This document shows, one piece after another, positions 14,185 to 28,199 of a DNA stretch of 64,000 nucleotides. Numbering within the stretch: position 1 is the first letter of the stretch; each line of letters begins with the position of its first letter. The stretch covers positions 46,252,001-46,316,000 of the forward strand of contig CM022665.1 of NCBI GenBank assembly GCA_012295275.1, written 5' to 3'. Origin of the DNA: Chrysomallon squamiferum (Eukaryota > Animalia > Mollusca). The position numbers were made by a program, and so were the translations under genes. Below the pieces are notes generated by a model. It saw nothing but the letters and a program-made list of their open reading frames with translations, was not told the DNA's origin and made no database searches.

Positions 14185-14935
14185 TTATGAAAAACAAACA
14201 TTTAATTTACAGTTGCCTACAGATGCAAGCAATCACTGTATTGATATGTAAGTGAAAATGAAAAACAAACATTTAAGTCAAACTTGCCTATCGAAGCACC
14301 AATCACTGTATTAAAATATAAGTGAATATGAAAAACAAACATTTAAGTTAAACTTGCCTATACAAGTAGCAGTCACTGTATCAATATATAAGTGAATACG
14401 AAAAACAAATATTTAAGTTACACTTGCCTATAAAAGTAGTTATCACTGTATTCATATATAAGTGAATATGAAAAACAAACATTTGTTACAGTTGCCTATA
14501 GCAGCAGCTATCAATGAATTAACATATAAGTGAATACAAAAAACAAACATTTGAGTCAAACTTGCCCATCAAAGTAGCTATCACTGTATTGATATATAAA
14601 GTGAATACGAAAAACAAACATTTAAGTCAAACTTGCCTATAGTAGCAAGCAGTCACTGTATTGATATATAAGTGAATATGAAAACCAAACATTTAAGTTA
14701 AACTTGCCTATTGAAGCACCAATCACTATATTGATATATAAGTGAATATGAAAAACAAACATTTAAGTTAGACTTGCCTATAGCAGCAGCTATCAGTATA
14801 TCAATATATAAGTGAAAATGAAAAACAAACATTTAAGTCAAACTTGCCTATCAAAGTAGCTATCACTGTATTGATATATAAGTGAACACGAAAAACAAAC
14901 ATTTAAGTTAGACTTGCCTATAGAAGCAGCTATCC
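14185..14935. repeat. 70-bp tandem satellite, about 11 copies
   Basis: aaaaacaaa(c/t) recurs at 14261, 14331, 14401, 14471; unit atcactgtattgatatataagtgaatatgaaaaacaaacatttaagttaaacttgcctat... Confidence 0.95.
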
Positions 14936-15034
14936 AGTCATATTCAGCAGTGACAGAATGAAACAGACTGAAAAGCACTATCAGGGTGATCACCATTTTA
15001 GTGTCTGATAGCATTTCATAGATTATTATAATTC

Positions 15035-15295
15035 AATCTGAGAAAACCTGCAGTAATTGAGTCTTAGAAATTATTCAGTTATTCAGTCTTCTAGGAATGT
15101 GAGTTGTGACTTTTAAAAATAAACCCACTAGTGATTCAGTCTTCAGATCTGAGAAAAACACTAGTGATTCAGTCTTCATGGAAACTGAGTTGTGATTGTT
15201 CTGAGAAAAACAGTAGTGATTCAGTCTTCACAGAAACTGAGTTGTGACTGTTCTGAGAAAACCATTAGTGATTCAGATTCAATCTTCAATATTTT
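15035..15295. repeat. ~52-bp degenerate tandem repeat
   Basis: ctgagaaaa...agtgattcagtctt...gagttgtga at 15149, 15201 and 15253. Confidence 0.8.
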
Positions 15296-15639
15296 GAAAA
15301 ACAACCCTGTTGATTTTTAGTCATGCAAGAAAACCAATTGTCTTTCACTAGTGACTACGATTCTTAATTCAATTCAAAACCAAATAAAAACCGACCGTTA
15401 TTCAGTTTCTGACCAAGAAAAAAAAAATCCACAAAGTTTAACACTATCGAAAGCAATAGTTCACCAGTGGTTCATTTCAGAAATAAAACCCCAGCATCTA
15501 GTCAGTTCTTCAAATAAAAGTTAACAGTGAATGCAAAACTTTCTTCTTAGAAAAAAAAAATAAATAAAAAAATAAAAATCACAAGCTGTCCTCAGGATAA
15601 GAATTTAACAGTGATGCAATTTTTTTCTTCCAAAAAAAA

Positions 15640-16165
15640 AAAACCCAAACGAGCAAGCAACGACAACATCAGATTTCTCGAGAAAACAACAAACAATTTC
15701 AAAACGGCGATATAAACCAAGATGGCGCTAGCACTAGACTTTCGCACCAAAGGAAATCCTCTCTTCCTTCTCCTCAAACTCTCGACGAAGAGAAACTGGT
15801 TTCGAAATTCATCGCCGTCCACTTTAAGTCGAACGTCCTGACAAACGCATCAATCTTTTACCGAAGAAAAAAAAAAAAAAAGAAGAAGAAGTCGTCGAAG
15901 GTTCAGCATGCACTTCCTGCCACAGTACAACCCCCACCACCACCCGTGATTGCTCCCCTCGCAATGCAACTGTCCGTGTGTATTTCGTACCTTCGTGTAA
16001 TCAATCTAAGTCTGCGAAACGCTGCAATTATCGGGGAAAACATTTCGGAGAACCCATCACTTCTCCTCTCATCATTAATGTAAGACTCAAATTAGCAGAA
16101 AGTGAAAAAATTTAATTCAAAGTACTACCTTTTGGCCCGATGCCGTCTGCGTTGATGGTGCTGTT
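15640..16165. promoter_or_regulatory. CpG-rich intronic island; candidate enhancer or internal promoter
   Basis: Dense CpGs in AT-rich surroundings; YY1-like CAAGATGGCG (15718-15727) and ETS-like CACTTCCTG (~15911). Confidence 0.35.
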
Positions 16166-16652
16166 TGATGATGCTGTTTGAAGGGAAGGGAAGGGAAGGG
16201 AAGGGGAAGGGGAAGGGAAGGGAAGCTGGATGTGTAATTGTTTGCTTCCCTGTTAACTATGAAGATTGCGTGGGTTGATTTTTTGTCCTCCATTTTTTTT
16301 TTTTTTTTTTTTTTCAGGTTTTGAACAAAAATAAACTTACAATATTTCTATTTATTATTAATATTGTCTGAAAATGATCTTGGAATAAATACAAAAAAAG
16401 AAAGAAAGAAAATCATCATTTTTTTTTAATGCTGATGTGTAAAATATTTATATTCATGCTAGACATGCAGTGATGTTTTTTTTGAATATCATTGTATTTT
16501 GTACCTGATTTTTTTTTGTCTTGTCTTGTTTGTCGGAAAGTGTATAGAGAAAACATACAGTAAAAAATGTTCTCTTAAAACTCATTTACCAAATATTTGG
16601 CTGATTAAGTAGTGAAGTATTTTATTGATGTCACAGAAAAAAAAAAAAAACA

Positions 16653-16693
<41 letters not shown>

Positions 16694-16713
16694 ACAGACA
16701 CACCCGTACACAG

Positions 16714-16762
<49 letters not shown>

Positions 16763-17105
16763 GACACAAACATTATCAGTGTTCTGGGTTAGAAGAAAAA
16801 TTTGCAGTGGTTTTTGAGTAAAATTCATAGAGAGATTTAAGATATTTGTACAGAGACTTATTCAGCCATATAATTATGTGCCATTTTCATCTCCCAGTAC
16901 ATTAAAGCAGTAATAGGTTCTATTAAAGAGAACAACAAACAAAATAAATAAATAAATAAGAGAAAGAAAGAAAGAAAAGAAAAAAGAAAAGTAAAAAAAA
17001 TGGTAATAAAAAAAAATCAATACCAAAGGAAAAAAATAAAAAAAATATTATAAAAAAATAAAAATAAAAACCAAAAACAAAGTACTATGAAAATAATGAT
17101 GATAA

Positions 17106-17154
<49 letters not shown>

Positions 17155-17193
17155 TAATAACAATAATGGTAATAATAATAATAATAATAATAA

Positions 17194-17234
<41 letters not shown>

Positions 17235-17587
17235 ATAATAATAATAATAGTAATAATAATAATAATAATAATAATAGTAATAATAATAATTACAATAATT
17301 ATAATAATAATCAGTAGTAAAGTAGCATATCTTGTTGTGTTTGATTTTGTACTGTTGTTATTCTATTTCTTACAATGCAACTGAAATCTGCCAAAGCTAC
17401 AGACTAGTTCCAGTGTTTAGAATTATGTCAAAAAACAAACATAATTCTTCAAATTAGTTTTGTCTCATTCAAACACTTCTGCATGCTTAATGTGAAAATC
17501 AATATTTCTGATTATAAGTTATTTTACCCAGCCAGGAATAAAGACTTTTTCATAACGTGACTGCTTCCCATAAAAGAAAACGTAAGT

Positions 17588-17632
<45 letters not shown>

Positions 17633-18409
17633 CCTTTCTAGATCTTTCCTTAGTTCCAAAAATTTACAGAATATAACTGTTTTAAAAAATAGTTTCTTTC
17701 CTTAGTCAAAATACACAAATTATAAATGTTTTAAAAATGAAAACAGTCTCAATATTCTATTAAATTTCAAAATACAATCATTAAAGTAAGAAACTATTTC
17801 GTTATATTCTATTTATTTAATTATATGTTTGTTGAGTTTATTTTCATTTTATTAAGTTTACAGATGGCAGAAGAGTTTACCTGCTAGATAAAAAAAAATC
17901 CATAAAACATAAAAGTACTAAAACAATATCTGCAAAATTCCTGTAAAAATGTTCTAAGATATCATTTTTTTTTTTTTTTTTTAGTGACTTTGTGTTCCTT
18001 TCATTGAGTTAGGTCATACATCTGAAAATGACTTTCTTGTTTTTGTTTCCACACCATAATGACTTTTGCTGGTGAGAAAAAAAAATAAAAATAAAAAAAA
18101 TAAAAAAATAAATAAATAAAAATTATATCAATCATTAACAATGGCTTCACACTGCTTTTGTTCTGCTTCGGAGATCAAAAACGCAAGATCAAACTGGTTT
18201 TTTTTTTTTGGGATATTTTTCATTTTTGTAAACTTATTTCCCTCTTGAGAATCAGTGTAGAAAAGAACAACATTAACAGAAATTTGTGATGTTTATCTAC
18301 AGTTCCTAATTTTTATATCTGGTTGTAAAATCTTCAAATACTGCAGTTCATGCATACAGCCTGTTTAATCACTGGGAAAAACAGATGATAATGTTTTAGC
18401 GTGAATTAA

Positions 18410-18960
18410 TTTTTTTTTTTCCTATTCCAACCTTATTAGGTTTTTACTATGAATGTTTAAAACTTTTAATTTTTTTATTATTTTTTTTTTATTTTCATTC
18501 CAACCATTGCTTCACAGTTAGGTGTTTATCATGTATGTTACAAATTAAAAGCTCAAACTTCATCATTATTTTTTTCCCATTCTAACCAGGATACAAGTTT
18601 AGGTGATTATAATAAATGTTACTAGTTACAATATCAATATATCTTTGCTATTCTTTTTTTTTTTTACATTCCAACTATTGTTTCATAATTAGATGTTTAT
18701 CATGAATGTTACAAGTTACAAGATCAAATCATCCTCTTTCTTCCAATTCCAACTGCTGTCTCCTAATTAGGTGACTGCCATGAATGTTACAAGTTATAAA
18801 ATAAATTCAAATCATTGGATTTTTTCCATTCCAGCCATTTACTTACTCACAATTATATGTTTATTATAAATATTTTGGGGTAAATGATTAAAGAATTTTC
18901 CTGAGTTATTTCCCAATCCAAACACAGCTTAACAATTAAAAGGTTATAGATTCAGTCATT
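18410..18960 (+). repeat. Old ~70-80-bp tandem array related to the SINE head/core junction
   Basis: Repeated ttttc(c)attccaacc...ttaggtg..tatcatgaatgttacaagtt..agatcaaa. Confidence 0.55.
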
Positions 18961-19994
18961 CATTCCCAGTGAATTATTTGCCATTACAACATATATTAAA
19001 AACAGTGATGTGTGTGGGTAGGTATATTTTTTTGAATATTTCTTGCTTAAAAGGTCATTACTTGCAATTGATTGTGGAACTTGCACTTTACCAGGCTGTT
19101 TATGTCATGTCTGTGTACTTTATGACATTGGCAAAAGTGCCTGGTGACATCCATTTAATCAAATTTAAAAAAAAATAAAATAAAAAATAAAAAAAGTTTA
19201 GCAGTTGTATTTTGTAAAGGTATGGATTAACATAATTAAAGCAGAGTTTTTATTTAATTTCAGAAAATATTTTTATCTTTGTAATTAAAATTTTTACATT
19301 TTTAGAAGTACATGTCTTTCATTGCCTTGGCCAAAAATTTTTTTTTTTTTTTTAATATATTTGTGCTAAATCTAATTTAGAAACAGAAATATCTAATATT
19401 TTCTTTGACGAAATTTAGTAAATGAAAGGATTTCTGAAAATTACCTCTGGAAATAAAGAAATGAAGGAGCTTTTAAATCTTCTCATAATGGGATATGTTT
19501 TTATTTTTTTAAATTTCTTTTTATTTAATTTTCTTTACAGCCATGTTTAAAATAATCTAATAGAACTTTTAAAATGCCTTTCTCAAAATGCTTTTTTTTT
19601 TTTTTTTTTTTATTATTATTATATATTTTTATTATTATTATTATTATTAATGTATATTTTTATTATTATTATTATTAATGCCAGTTTTAAGAAGAAAGGT
19701 AGAAAAAGTAGTTTAAAAATTATATTTCGATTTTTCCAAAAGCCATTTTTAAGAAATAAATTGACAAAAAGTTAAACCATTTTTTAAAAGATTATTTTTT
19801 TTTTTTTTTACATACAAAAAAAAAAAATGACTGAATATTGAAAAGCCAATTCCAAAAAGCTACATCTTTTTCCCCTCTTCTTATTATTTAAAAGTATTTT
19901 TTATTATTTTTTAAAAGCATTTTCATTTTTTTTTTTTTTTTTTAAAGCCATTTTTGGTAATAAACTGAAAGATCTTTGAAAAGTTACTTTTTCC

Positions 19995-20029
<35 letters not shown>

Positions 20030-20217
20030 AACCTCTAAAAAAAAAAACGTTAAAATCTTCATCAACTTCTCAGTATTATTTCTGAAGCTGTTGATAAAAA
20101 CATTACACAAGAGCCAACAAAATGACTGAAGAATGCCAATAAAACTAAAGCCATCTTTATGGCAAACTAAATCAGAAAGGATCTTCCTGGTGGCAAAATC
20201 AATAACTCTAGGACTGA

Positions 20218-20255
<38 letters not shown>

Positions 20256-20864
20256 TATTTAAACTTGGGTTCTGCAAATGTTGTTGCGTCATGTAGTTGG
20301 GTACGAATTGAGTTTAAACATGCACGAAGCAGAAAGTTAAACACTCTGATGGGGCCTGTCTCGCGTGAAATGTGATTTTTCTCCAAGTGAAGAATTGTTC
20401 CAGGTCTTTGTCCTGACAGACTTGTACAGACAGAAGACTCAGCTGGATCTGATCTTCACAAATCACCTACTGTGTTGTTTTTCCCATTCTTTCTCAAACC
20501 TCACAAACCAAGTAGTTGAAGACAACAGCACAGGAAGGTGCAGAATGCAGATATCCTGCTCATGTGTGGTAAAAACAACTAGGATGAAGACTGTATAGTA
20601 CAGGAAGGTGCAGAAATATAACAAAATAATTTCTTAGAAACGTACCCTGATATCTTGTTTTAATGATGGTATTTTGAATTTTAATAGAATATCGAGACTG
20701 ATGTCATTTTTGAAATGTTTATATTCTGTATATTTTCGACTAAGGAAAAGATATCCTGCTTATGTATGATAGGAACAACTAGTATCACAGGACTAACAGC
20801 ATATTACTTACAAAACAAAAATTATTTTGATATATGATGACAACAAATAAGAGAACAATTTATG

Positions 20865-21055
20865 AAAACAGAGAAGAAACCAGCTGATAAAACAACACAA
20901 ATATAATCTTCTTAATTAGTGACAAGATCTTTGTAATGTCCTTCACTACAAAAAGCACACCTTTCAGTTTTTTTTATATACTACTTATAGGAGCTTTCAT
21001 TGGAACTGGAAATTGTCCATTGATCCTTGGATGCTTCATGCAGTGAATGTTCTCT
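20865..21055 (-). mobile_element. Decayed SINE remnant (same family)
   Basis: agagaagaaaccagctg...attagtgacaagatcttt...agcacacc...ggagc..ttggaactggaaat follows the recalled reverse SINE motif order. Confidence 0.45.
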
Positions 21056-21959
21056 CTTTCTCTTTGATGCAGTGATTTAATAAAATCTTGATATCAGTTT
21101 AGATTTTCAGTTCTTTGTGGCTTTTTTTGGGGGGGTTTTATCAACATAATCTGAACAAACAGCAGATTAATAACTGGCATACTTAAAGGGTAAATGTGTG
21201 TAAAAAAAACAGCTTTGAGAATTTTAAAATCAAGACAAGTTTAATACGAAGTGAACTGGTTCTTGTTACTACATAATTTTGACAGATATGGTTTCTGTGC
21301 TTTGTTAAAAGGAAAATGTGTCAGGAAATGTTCGTCTTGGTGAAATTTAAAAAAAAGACAAAAATAATATAGAACAGAGTGAACTGTTTGTTGCTATGTA
21401 ACATTGGTAGATACATTCTCTCTCTCTCTGTGTGTGTGTGTACAGATTCTGTTAGTACAGTCAGTCTTGTAATGAAATATTCATGTCACTCATTGTTTTA
21501 GAAGGATTATTAATAAAAACAGTTTCCTGTGCTTAATTATGTTAATTACATTTTAATATTTATCGAATTTCTGTAGTGAAAACTTTTTTTTTTTTTTTTT
21601 TTTGTCTCCCTGGGTAAGGTAATACATTGGGCTGGAACAAAAATTCATAGAATTTTTAAAGTGAAATTCAAAGGAAAATATTTATATATAGATTTTTGTT
21701 CAGTTAGTTATGTCTGCCATTTTGTTCCAATTCTTTTAACCATTTTTGAGAACCTTCATGATTCCATTTATTCCAGAACTTGGCATCTTTCTGAAAGATG
21801 AACTGTCCTAAAGAGCACAAACTTGTTGTATATCCAGTATAGCCATATTTATGTCCATGTACAAATGTTTTGTGTGTATATTTTTACGTACATACAATGT
21901 GACAGACATGAAGAAAAACAAAAATCAAAGAAAGCAGGAGTGTGAAAGAAGGGAAGAGA

Positions 21960-22400
21960 AAAATGACAGAGAGAATGAATGAGAGAGAAAGAAAAAGTGA
22001 GATTAAGAATAAAACAGAGAAAGAATGAATGAGAGAGAAAGAAAAGTGAGATGAAGAATAAAACAGAATGAATGAGAAAGAAAGAAAAAGTGAGATGAAC
22101 ACAAAATGAATGAGAGAAAGAAAAAGTGAGATGAAGAATAAAACAGAAAAAGAATGAATGAGAGAGAAAGAAAAAGTGAGATGAAGAATTAAACAGAGAA
22201 TGAATGAGAAAGAAAGAGAAAGTGAGATGATGAATAAAACAGAGAAAGAATGAGAGAAAGAAAGAAAAAGTGAGATGAAGAATAAAACAGACAGAATGAA
22301 CGAGAGAGAAAGAGAAAAAATAAGATGAAGAATAACAGAGAATGAGAGAGAAAAGTAAAAGTGAGATGAAGAATAAAACAGAGAGAGAGAGAGAAAGTAA
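21960..22400. repeat. Purine-rich ~45-50-bp degenerate tandem repeat
   Basis: gagatgaagaataaaacaga..gaatgaatgagag recurs. Confidence 0.85.
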
Positions 22401-22455
22401 CCTGCAGAACTAAACACAGAGAATCGCAAAGAATAAGACTGAACATTTTAACAAA

Positions 22456-23147
22456 CAGTCTATGATAATTGTTATCTGTCTTGTTTACACTTTGCAGGGT
22501 ACCAGTCTATGATAATTGTTATCTGTCTTGTTTACACTTTGCAGGGTACCAGTCTATGATAATTGTTATCTGTCTTGTTTACACTTTGCAGGGTACCAGT
22601 CTATGATAATTGTATCTGTCTTGTTTACATTTTGCAAGGTGCCAGTCTATGATAATTGTTATCTGTCTTGTTTCACACTTTGCAAGGTACCAGTCTATGA
22701 TAATTGTATCTGTCTTGTTTACACTTTGCAGGGTACCAGTCTATGATAATTGTATCTGTCTTGTTTACACTTTGCAGGGTACCAGTCTATGATAATTGTT
22801 ATCTGTCTTGTTTACACTTTGCAGGGTACCAGTCTATGATAATTGTTATCTGTCTTGTTTACACTTTGCAGGGTACCAGTCTATGATAATTGTTATCTGT
22901 CTTGTTTACACTTTGCAGGGTACCAGTCTATGATAATTGTTATCTGTCTTGTTTACACTTTGCAGGGTACCAGTCTATGATAATTGTTATCTGTGTTATT
23001 TACACTTTGCAGGGTACCAGTCTATGATAATTGTTATCTATCATGTTTACACTTTGCAGGGTGCCAGTCTATGATAATTGTTATCTGTCTTGTTTACACT
23101 TTGCAGGGTACCAGTCTATGATAATTGTTATCTGTCTTGTTTCACAC
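22456..23147. repeat. 47-bp minisatellite, about 15 near-identical copies
   Basis: Unit cagtctatgataattgttatctgtcttgtttacactttgcagggtac; fragments continue to about 23395. Confidence 0.97.
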
Positions 23148-23785
23148 CAACCAACTCTGCAACCTCTGTGCTACACCTCGACAGCTACCAGTTAACAGAT
23201 AATTGTTAATTATACAATTTGACCTTGACAGGGTACCAGTCTCATGAGAAATTGTTATCATTTATTTATTCACTGTCTATTACCAGTCTATGATAAATGT
23301 CTTGTTTAACACTTAGCAGGGTACCAGTCTATGATAATTGTTAACTGTCTGATGAAAAAGAAGAATGAAAAATTGTTATCTGTCTTGTTTCACAATCCAA
23401 AGAAAGAAAAGAAGAAAAGAAACAACAATGTTAACAGATAATTAAGAAAAATAAAATAATAAATAAATAGATAAATAAAATAAAATAAAATAAAATAAAA
23501 AAATCATTTAAAAATTAAATAAGTAATTACTAGTCTAAAATAAAATAATTAAATAAATAAATAAATAAAAAACTGTAAAATAAAAAAAGAAAAAAAAGTG
23601 TTATGTAAATAAATAAAATAAAAAAAAAAAAAAAGAGAACAAATACGTAAATTAAATAAAATAAAAATAAAATAAAATAAATAAATAAAAAAGAAACATT
23701 TAAAATAATTTTTATTTTAAGATTTACTTCATTTATACTATAGACTGATAATCCATTACAAAAGAAAATAATAAAAATAATGATG

Positions 23786-23823
<38 letters not shown>

Positions 23824-24807
23824 TAATAATAATAATAATAACAAAAATAATAATAAATAATAAACAAATAAATTAAAATAAATAAATAAATAAATAAAAA
23901 TAATTTTTTATATTTTTTTTCTTGTATCAGCTATCCCAGTTTGCAATGCACTACGGCCATTTTGTTTTCCTCAGTTCAGACTGGTTAACATGGAAAACAA
24001 TACAGATGCATTTACCAAGGTCTTGAAACTCCTTTTGTTACAAATATTTACTTCATTAATTATAATTAGTCATTAACATAAAAACAAAAAAATCAAGAAA
24101 AACAAATAAAAAAATAAAAAATAAAAATGAACTAAACCTTATTACAGTCGTTGCATGTAATTTTATTTTAATCGGACATTTTTGTGTTTTATTCTTCGGA
24201 AGCAAAGTGGAATTTATTAAAATAACAAAAACAAAACTAACAAAAAACAACAAAATAAATGTTGACAAGGAAATATTTCTAATGATTGTTATTATCACTA
24301 ATAACCCTGGAATGTTTTTTTAATCTTACTGTGTTGTTTTTCAAATGTTTCAAAACGTCAAAAAAAAAAATGTTGAAATTTAAAAACTGATATATCCTCA
24401 AGGATTTCAGAAAGAGTAAAGCTCACCATTACTGTCATAACTGATTTATTTTTTAAATCTGAAATATTGCTATTTGCTGTCAAATTTTAATAATTTAAAT
24501 TTTTTTGGTTCAATAGTATTTAGATTACTCTGACATTTTCTTGACAAAAAAACAGTCACAGAAAAAAAAAAATAAATAAAATAAAAACTGTTTGTTTTCC
24601 TTAATAAACTTACTTTATTGTTACTTTTGAAGACAAAAACAGTTGTTGTCTTTGAATTCTTAGAAACAACATTACTAAAATGCCGGTTTTATAAAAAAAA
24701 CCTGCCATCTTTTAAGAAAATATTTACCTTTATCAAAAATAACCAAATTAAAAAAATAACTATACAAATCTGTTTTTAAAACAAAACCTATTTTCTAAAA
24801 ATGTGAG

Positions 24808-24850
<43 letters not shown>

Positions 24851-25759
24851 CTGAATTTTTTTTTATTTAAGTTAAAAATTTCTAATAATAAAAAAAATTA
24901 ATCTTTTAATGATCCAAAAAAATAAAAACTGGACGAATCATCTAAGTCAATAATCAAGCCTCAAGTTCAGTTTGCAAAAAGGATTATTTATTGTGTTTAA
25001 CGAAGTTATAGTTTGGATTGATTATTATTTATCTTAGTAAATTCAAACATTCTGTATTAAATATTGACAAACATTGTTTTATAATGCTGAAACAATTCTG
25101 AAAAATGTTCAAGTCAATACTGAAAATGTTCTAGTCAGTACCAAAAATATTCAAGTCAGTATTGGAAATGTAGAAAATACTGCAGACAGAAATGTTTAGC
25201 AACAAAGAAACAGTGACAACATGACAGTGACATGTGACATTCTTCCAGATGACACTGTCGTCACAACAAAGGACACTGACAACACTGAAGCAGGCCAAGT
25301 CTCTCACATCAGTCCACCGGAGCATTTCCCATTCTTACCACTGCTCCGAGTTTGGTTTGTCAATGTACGTTCTTTCCTGTTTATGGGAAAGCAGACATGA
25401 AACATCTCTTCTTGCTAATCATACAAAGGTATCTCATGGTGAAAAAGGTCGTGACATCACAGAGGTGATGACATCACACCAGGAGCTGCTGGCATCACAG
25501 GACCAGGAAACATTTTTCAGAGGTCACTGGTCAGTGGTCAGGTCAAAAGGACGAAAACTGACGACCAATGAGAAAGGTTAAAACACCACAGCAGTCTTGA
25601 TAATTACAAGCTACTGTTGGTGGTGTGAAATTAGAGGTCAGGAAGCAAAAGTGCACCAGATGACTGGAGATACTGACACGAGGGGGGGAAAAATCAATAC
25701 CAATTTGTCAAATGTGAAATAAATTGTAGACACTGAGATAGTACAACTTGAAATTATTA

Positions 25760-25798
<39 letters not shown>

Positions 25799-25862
25799 TA
25801 TTTCACAGCCATGTAATTTGTACTTAACAAAACCCATGAGAAGTGAGTGGAAACACTGACAG

Positions 25863-25906
<44 letters not shown>

Positions 25907-26730
25907 AAAAGAAGAAATTAAAAAAAGGAACAATCAAAGAGATCAAACTAAAAGCTCCGACAACACCCACAACAAATTTAATCATACACAAAGATTTAGA
26001 GAGTTAGATTAAAAAAAAAAACAGTCACATTTTTGCAAATGGTAAATAACAGTAATCACATAAACAAGATGTAATGAGGTGACTGAATGATAGTATTATC
26101 AATGATGGACTGACTGCAAGAACAATCCCTCTACATATCCAAATTGGTCTTTTTTCCAGTTCTAACCATGACTGTTTTTTTGTTTTTTTTTCAAAACCTG
26201 TATATATATATATATGTCTTATTTATTTCTTTGGATAGATCCTCAAATAGCCAATTCATAACAGTATTCTAAATAAAATTTAAAAAAAAATGTCTTCAGC
26301 AGCTTTCATACTGCATATATTACCTTATGAACTAAATATATATTCAAAAAAGAATTTTTTTTTTTTCTTTCTTATGAATGACAGCTAACAACCATTAATA
26401 TTAATATATATATATATTTAAAAAAAAAAAATGTGTCATTAAACCAGTATTCATTGACACAAACTGGAGCTGGTTTTTTTTTTTTTTGCGGCCTCTAAAA
26501 ACAACAATTCCTTGTCAATAACCTGATTCTTAGACTCCCTGGAGAGAGAGAGAGAGTCCAGCAGTCTTCGCACACACACACGCACGCTCTGAATAAAATT
26601 TCAAGTATCGCTGTAGTCTACAGAAAAATACACATCACCATCAGGTTGATTGATTGCACATGGCTGTCGGCCGCCAACAGTGGTGTTGGCTTTCATGAAC
26701 TACATCTCCCGCAGCGCGTGAAAAAAAATC

Positions 26731-27360
26731 ATTTATCTAAACCCTCGCGTTGGAACGCTGAGAGAAAGTGTCGTAAAAATTTATCTAAACCTTCACTTTG
26801 GAAACATTTGCCACAGAGCAACTGTCGCCATTTATCTGAGCCTCCATTTTAACATTCAGAGCAACTGTCGTAATTTATCTAAACCTTCACTTGAACATTC
26901 AGAGCAACTGTCGTAAATTTATCTAAACCTTCACTTGAAACATTGCCACAGAGCAACTGTTGTAATTTATCTAAACCTTCACTTGAACATTCAGAGCAAC
27001 TGTCGTAAATTTATCTAAACCTTCACTTTGGAAACATTTGCCACAGAGCAACTGTCGCAATTTATCTAAACATTCAGAGCAACTGTCATAATTTATCTAA
27101 ACCTCCATTTTTAACATTCAGAGCAACTGTTGCAATTTATCTAAACCTCCACTTCAACATTCAGAGCAACTGTAATAATTTATCTAAACATTCCACCACA
27201 TACGAACTGTCATAATTTATCTAAACCTTTGCTTGAACATTCAGAGTAACTGTCAAAATTTATCTAAACCTTCACATGAGCATTCAGAGCAGCTGTGACA
27301 ATTTATCTAAACCTTTACATCAACATCCAGACCAGCTGTCACAGTTTGTCTAAACCTTCG
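26731..27360. repeat. ~42-48-bp minisatellite atttatctaaaccttcacttgaacattcagagcaactgtcgta
   Basis: About 15 copies of the atttatctaaac anchor. Confidence 0.93.
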
Positions 27361-27560
27361 TGCTGTTATTTCATCGCAGTTCTGTCAACAAACGGACGAC
27401 ACATATTTCAGTAAACCAAATTCAAATGAGAGTAAACTATCACTTGAATATTCAAGTAACAAACAAACAAACAAACAAACAAACAAACAATAGTGTTTTG
27501 ATCTGAAGAACCCTTTTCTTCATTTTCTACATCTCGTAGGAATTCTTACAACACAGACAA

Positions 27561-27596
<36 letters not shown>

Positions 27597-27727
27597 AAAA
27601 GATTTAACTTCAACTTTCCACACATCAGAACTACTCATTTGTTTTTTAATATGAGCCGCAATAGGCTAATTATCCGAAGAGCTTCAGTTTGTATTTCACT
27701 GTCTGAAATAAAAAAAGGAAATAATCC

Positions 27728-27770
<43 letters not shown>

Positions 27771-28021
27771 GAAAAAAAAAAACGAAAAAAATTTGATAAA
27801 AAAAAAAAAAATGTGATCTTTGTTGACTCCTAACTGTGACAAATGGGTTAATTTCCTGTTTTGTAACTTCCCAGTGTCTGACGGTCTGTGTGTGTTTGTG
27901 TGCTGACACACACTTCTTGATAAATATCTCTCTCTCTCACACAATTGTAACATCTATCAGGCAGTTCTAGTCGGTTATTTACAGCGCAAATACTCACAGA
28001 GTTTGTGCAGTCATGATTCTG

Positions 28022-28054
<33 letters not shown>

Positions 28055-28199
28055 TTGTGTGTGTGTTTGTGTGTTTGTGTGTGTGTTTTTGTGTGTGTGT
28101 TTGTGTGTTTATGTGTTTGTGTTTGTGTTTGTGTGTGTGTGTGTGTTTGTGTTTGTGTGTGTGTGTGTGTGTGTGATTGTGTAACCAGCACCAGAAAGT

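Noticed and set aside
22456-23147. CRISPR-like appearance of the 47-bp, 70-bp and other arrays
   Set aside because: Units are head-to-tail with no unique spacers, there are no cas genes, and the context is a eukaryotic intron.
26673-26690. Perfect 7-bp hairpin gccaaca-gtgg-tgttggc (Helitron end or terminator)
   Set aside because: Too short, with no CTRR terminus or other element hallmarks.
27998-28018. 21-nt segment bounded by CAG and GTGAGT on the minus strand
   Set aside because: In-frame TGA, and it is preceded by (CA)n rather than a polypyrimidine tract.
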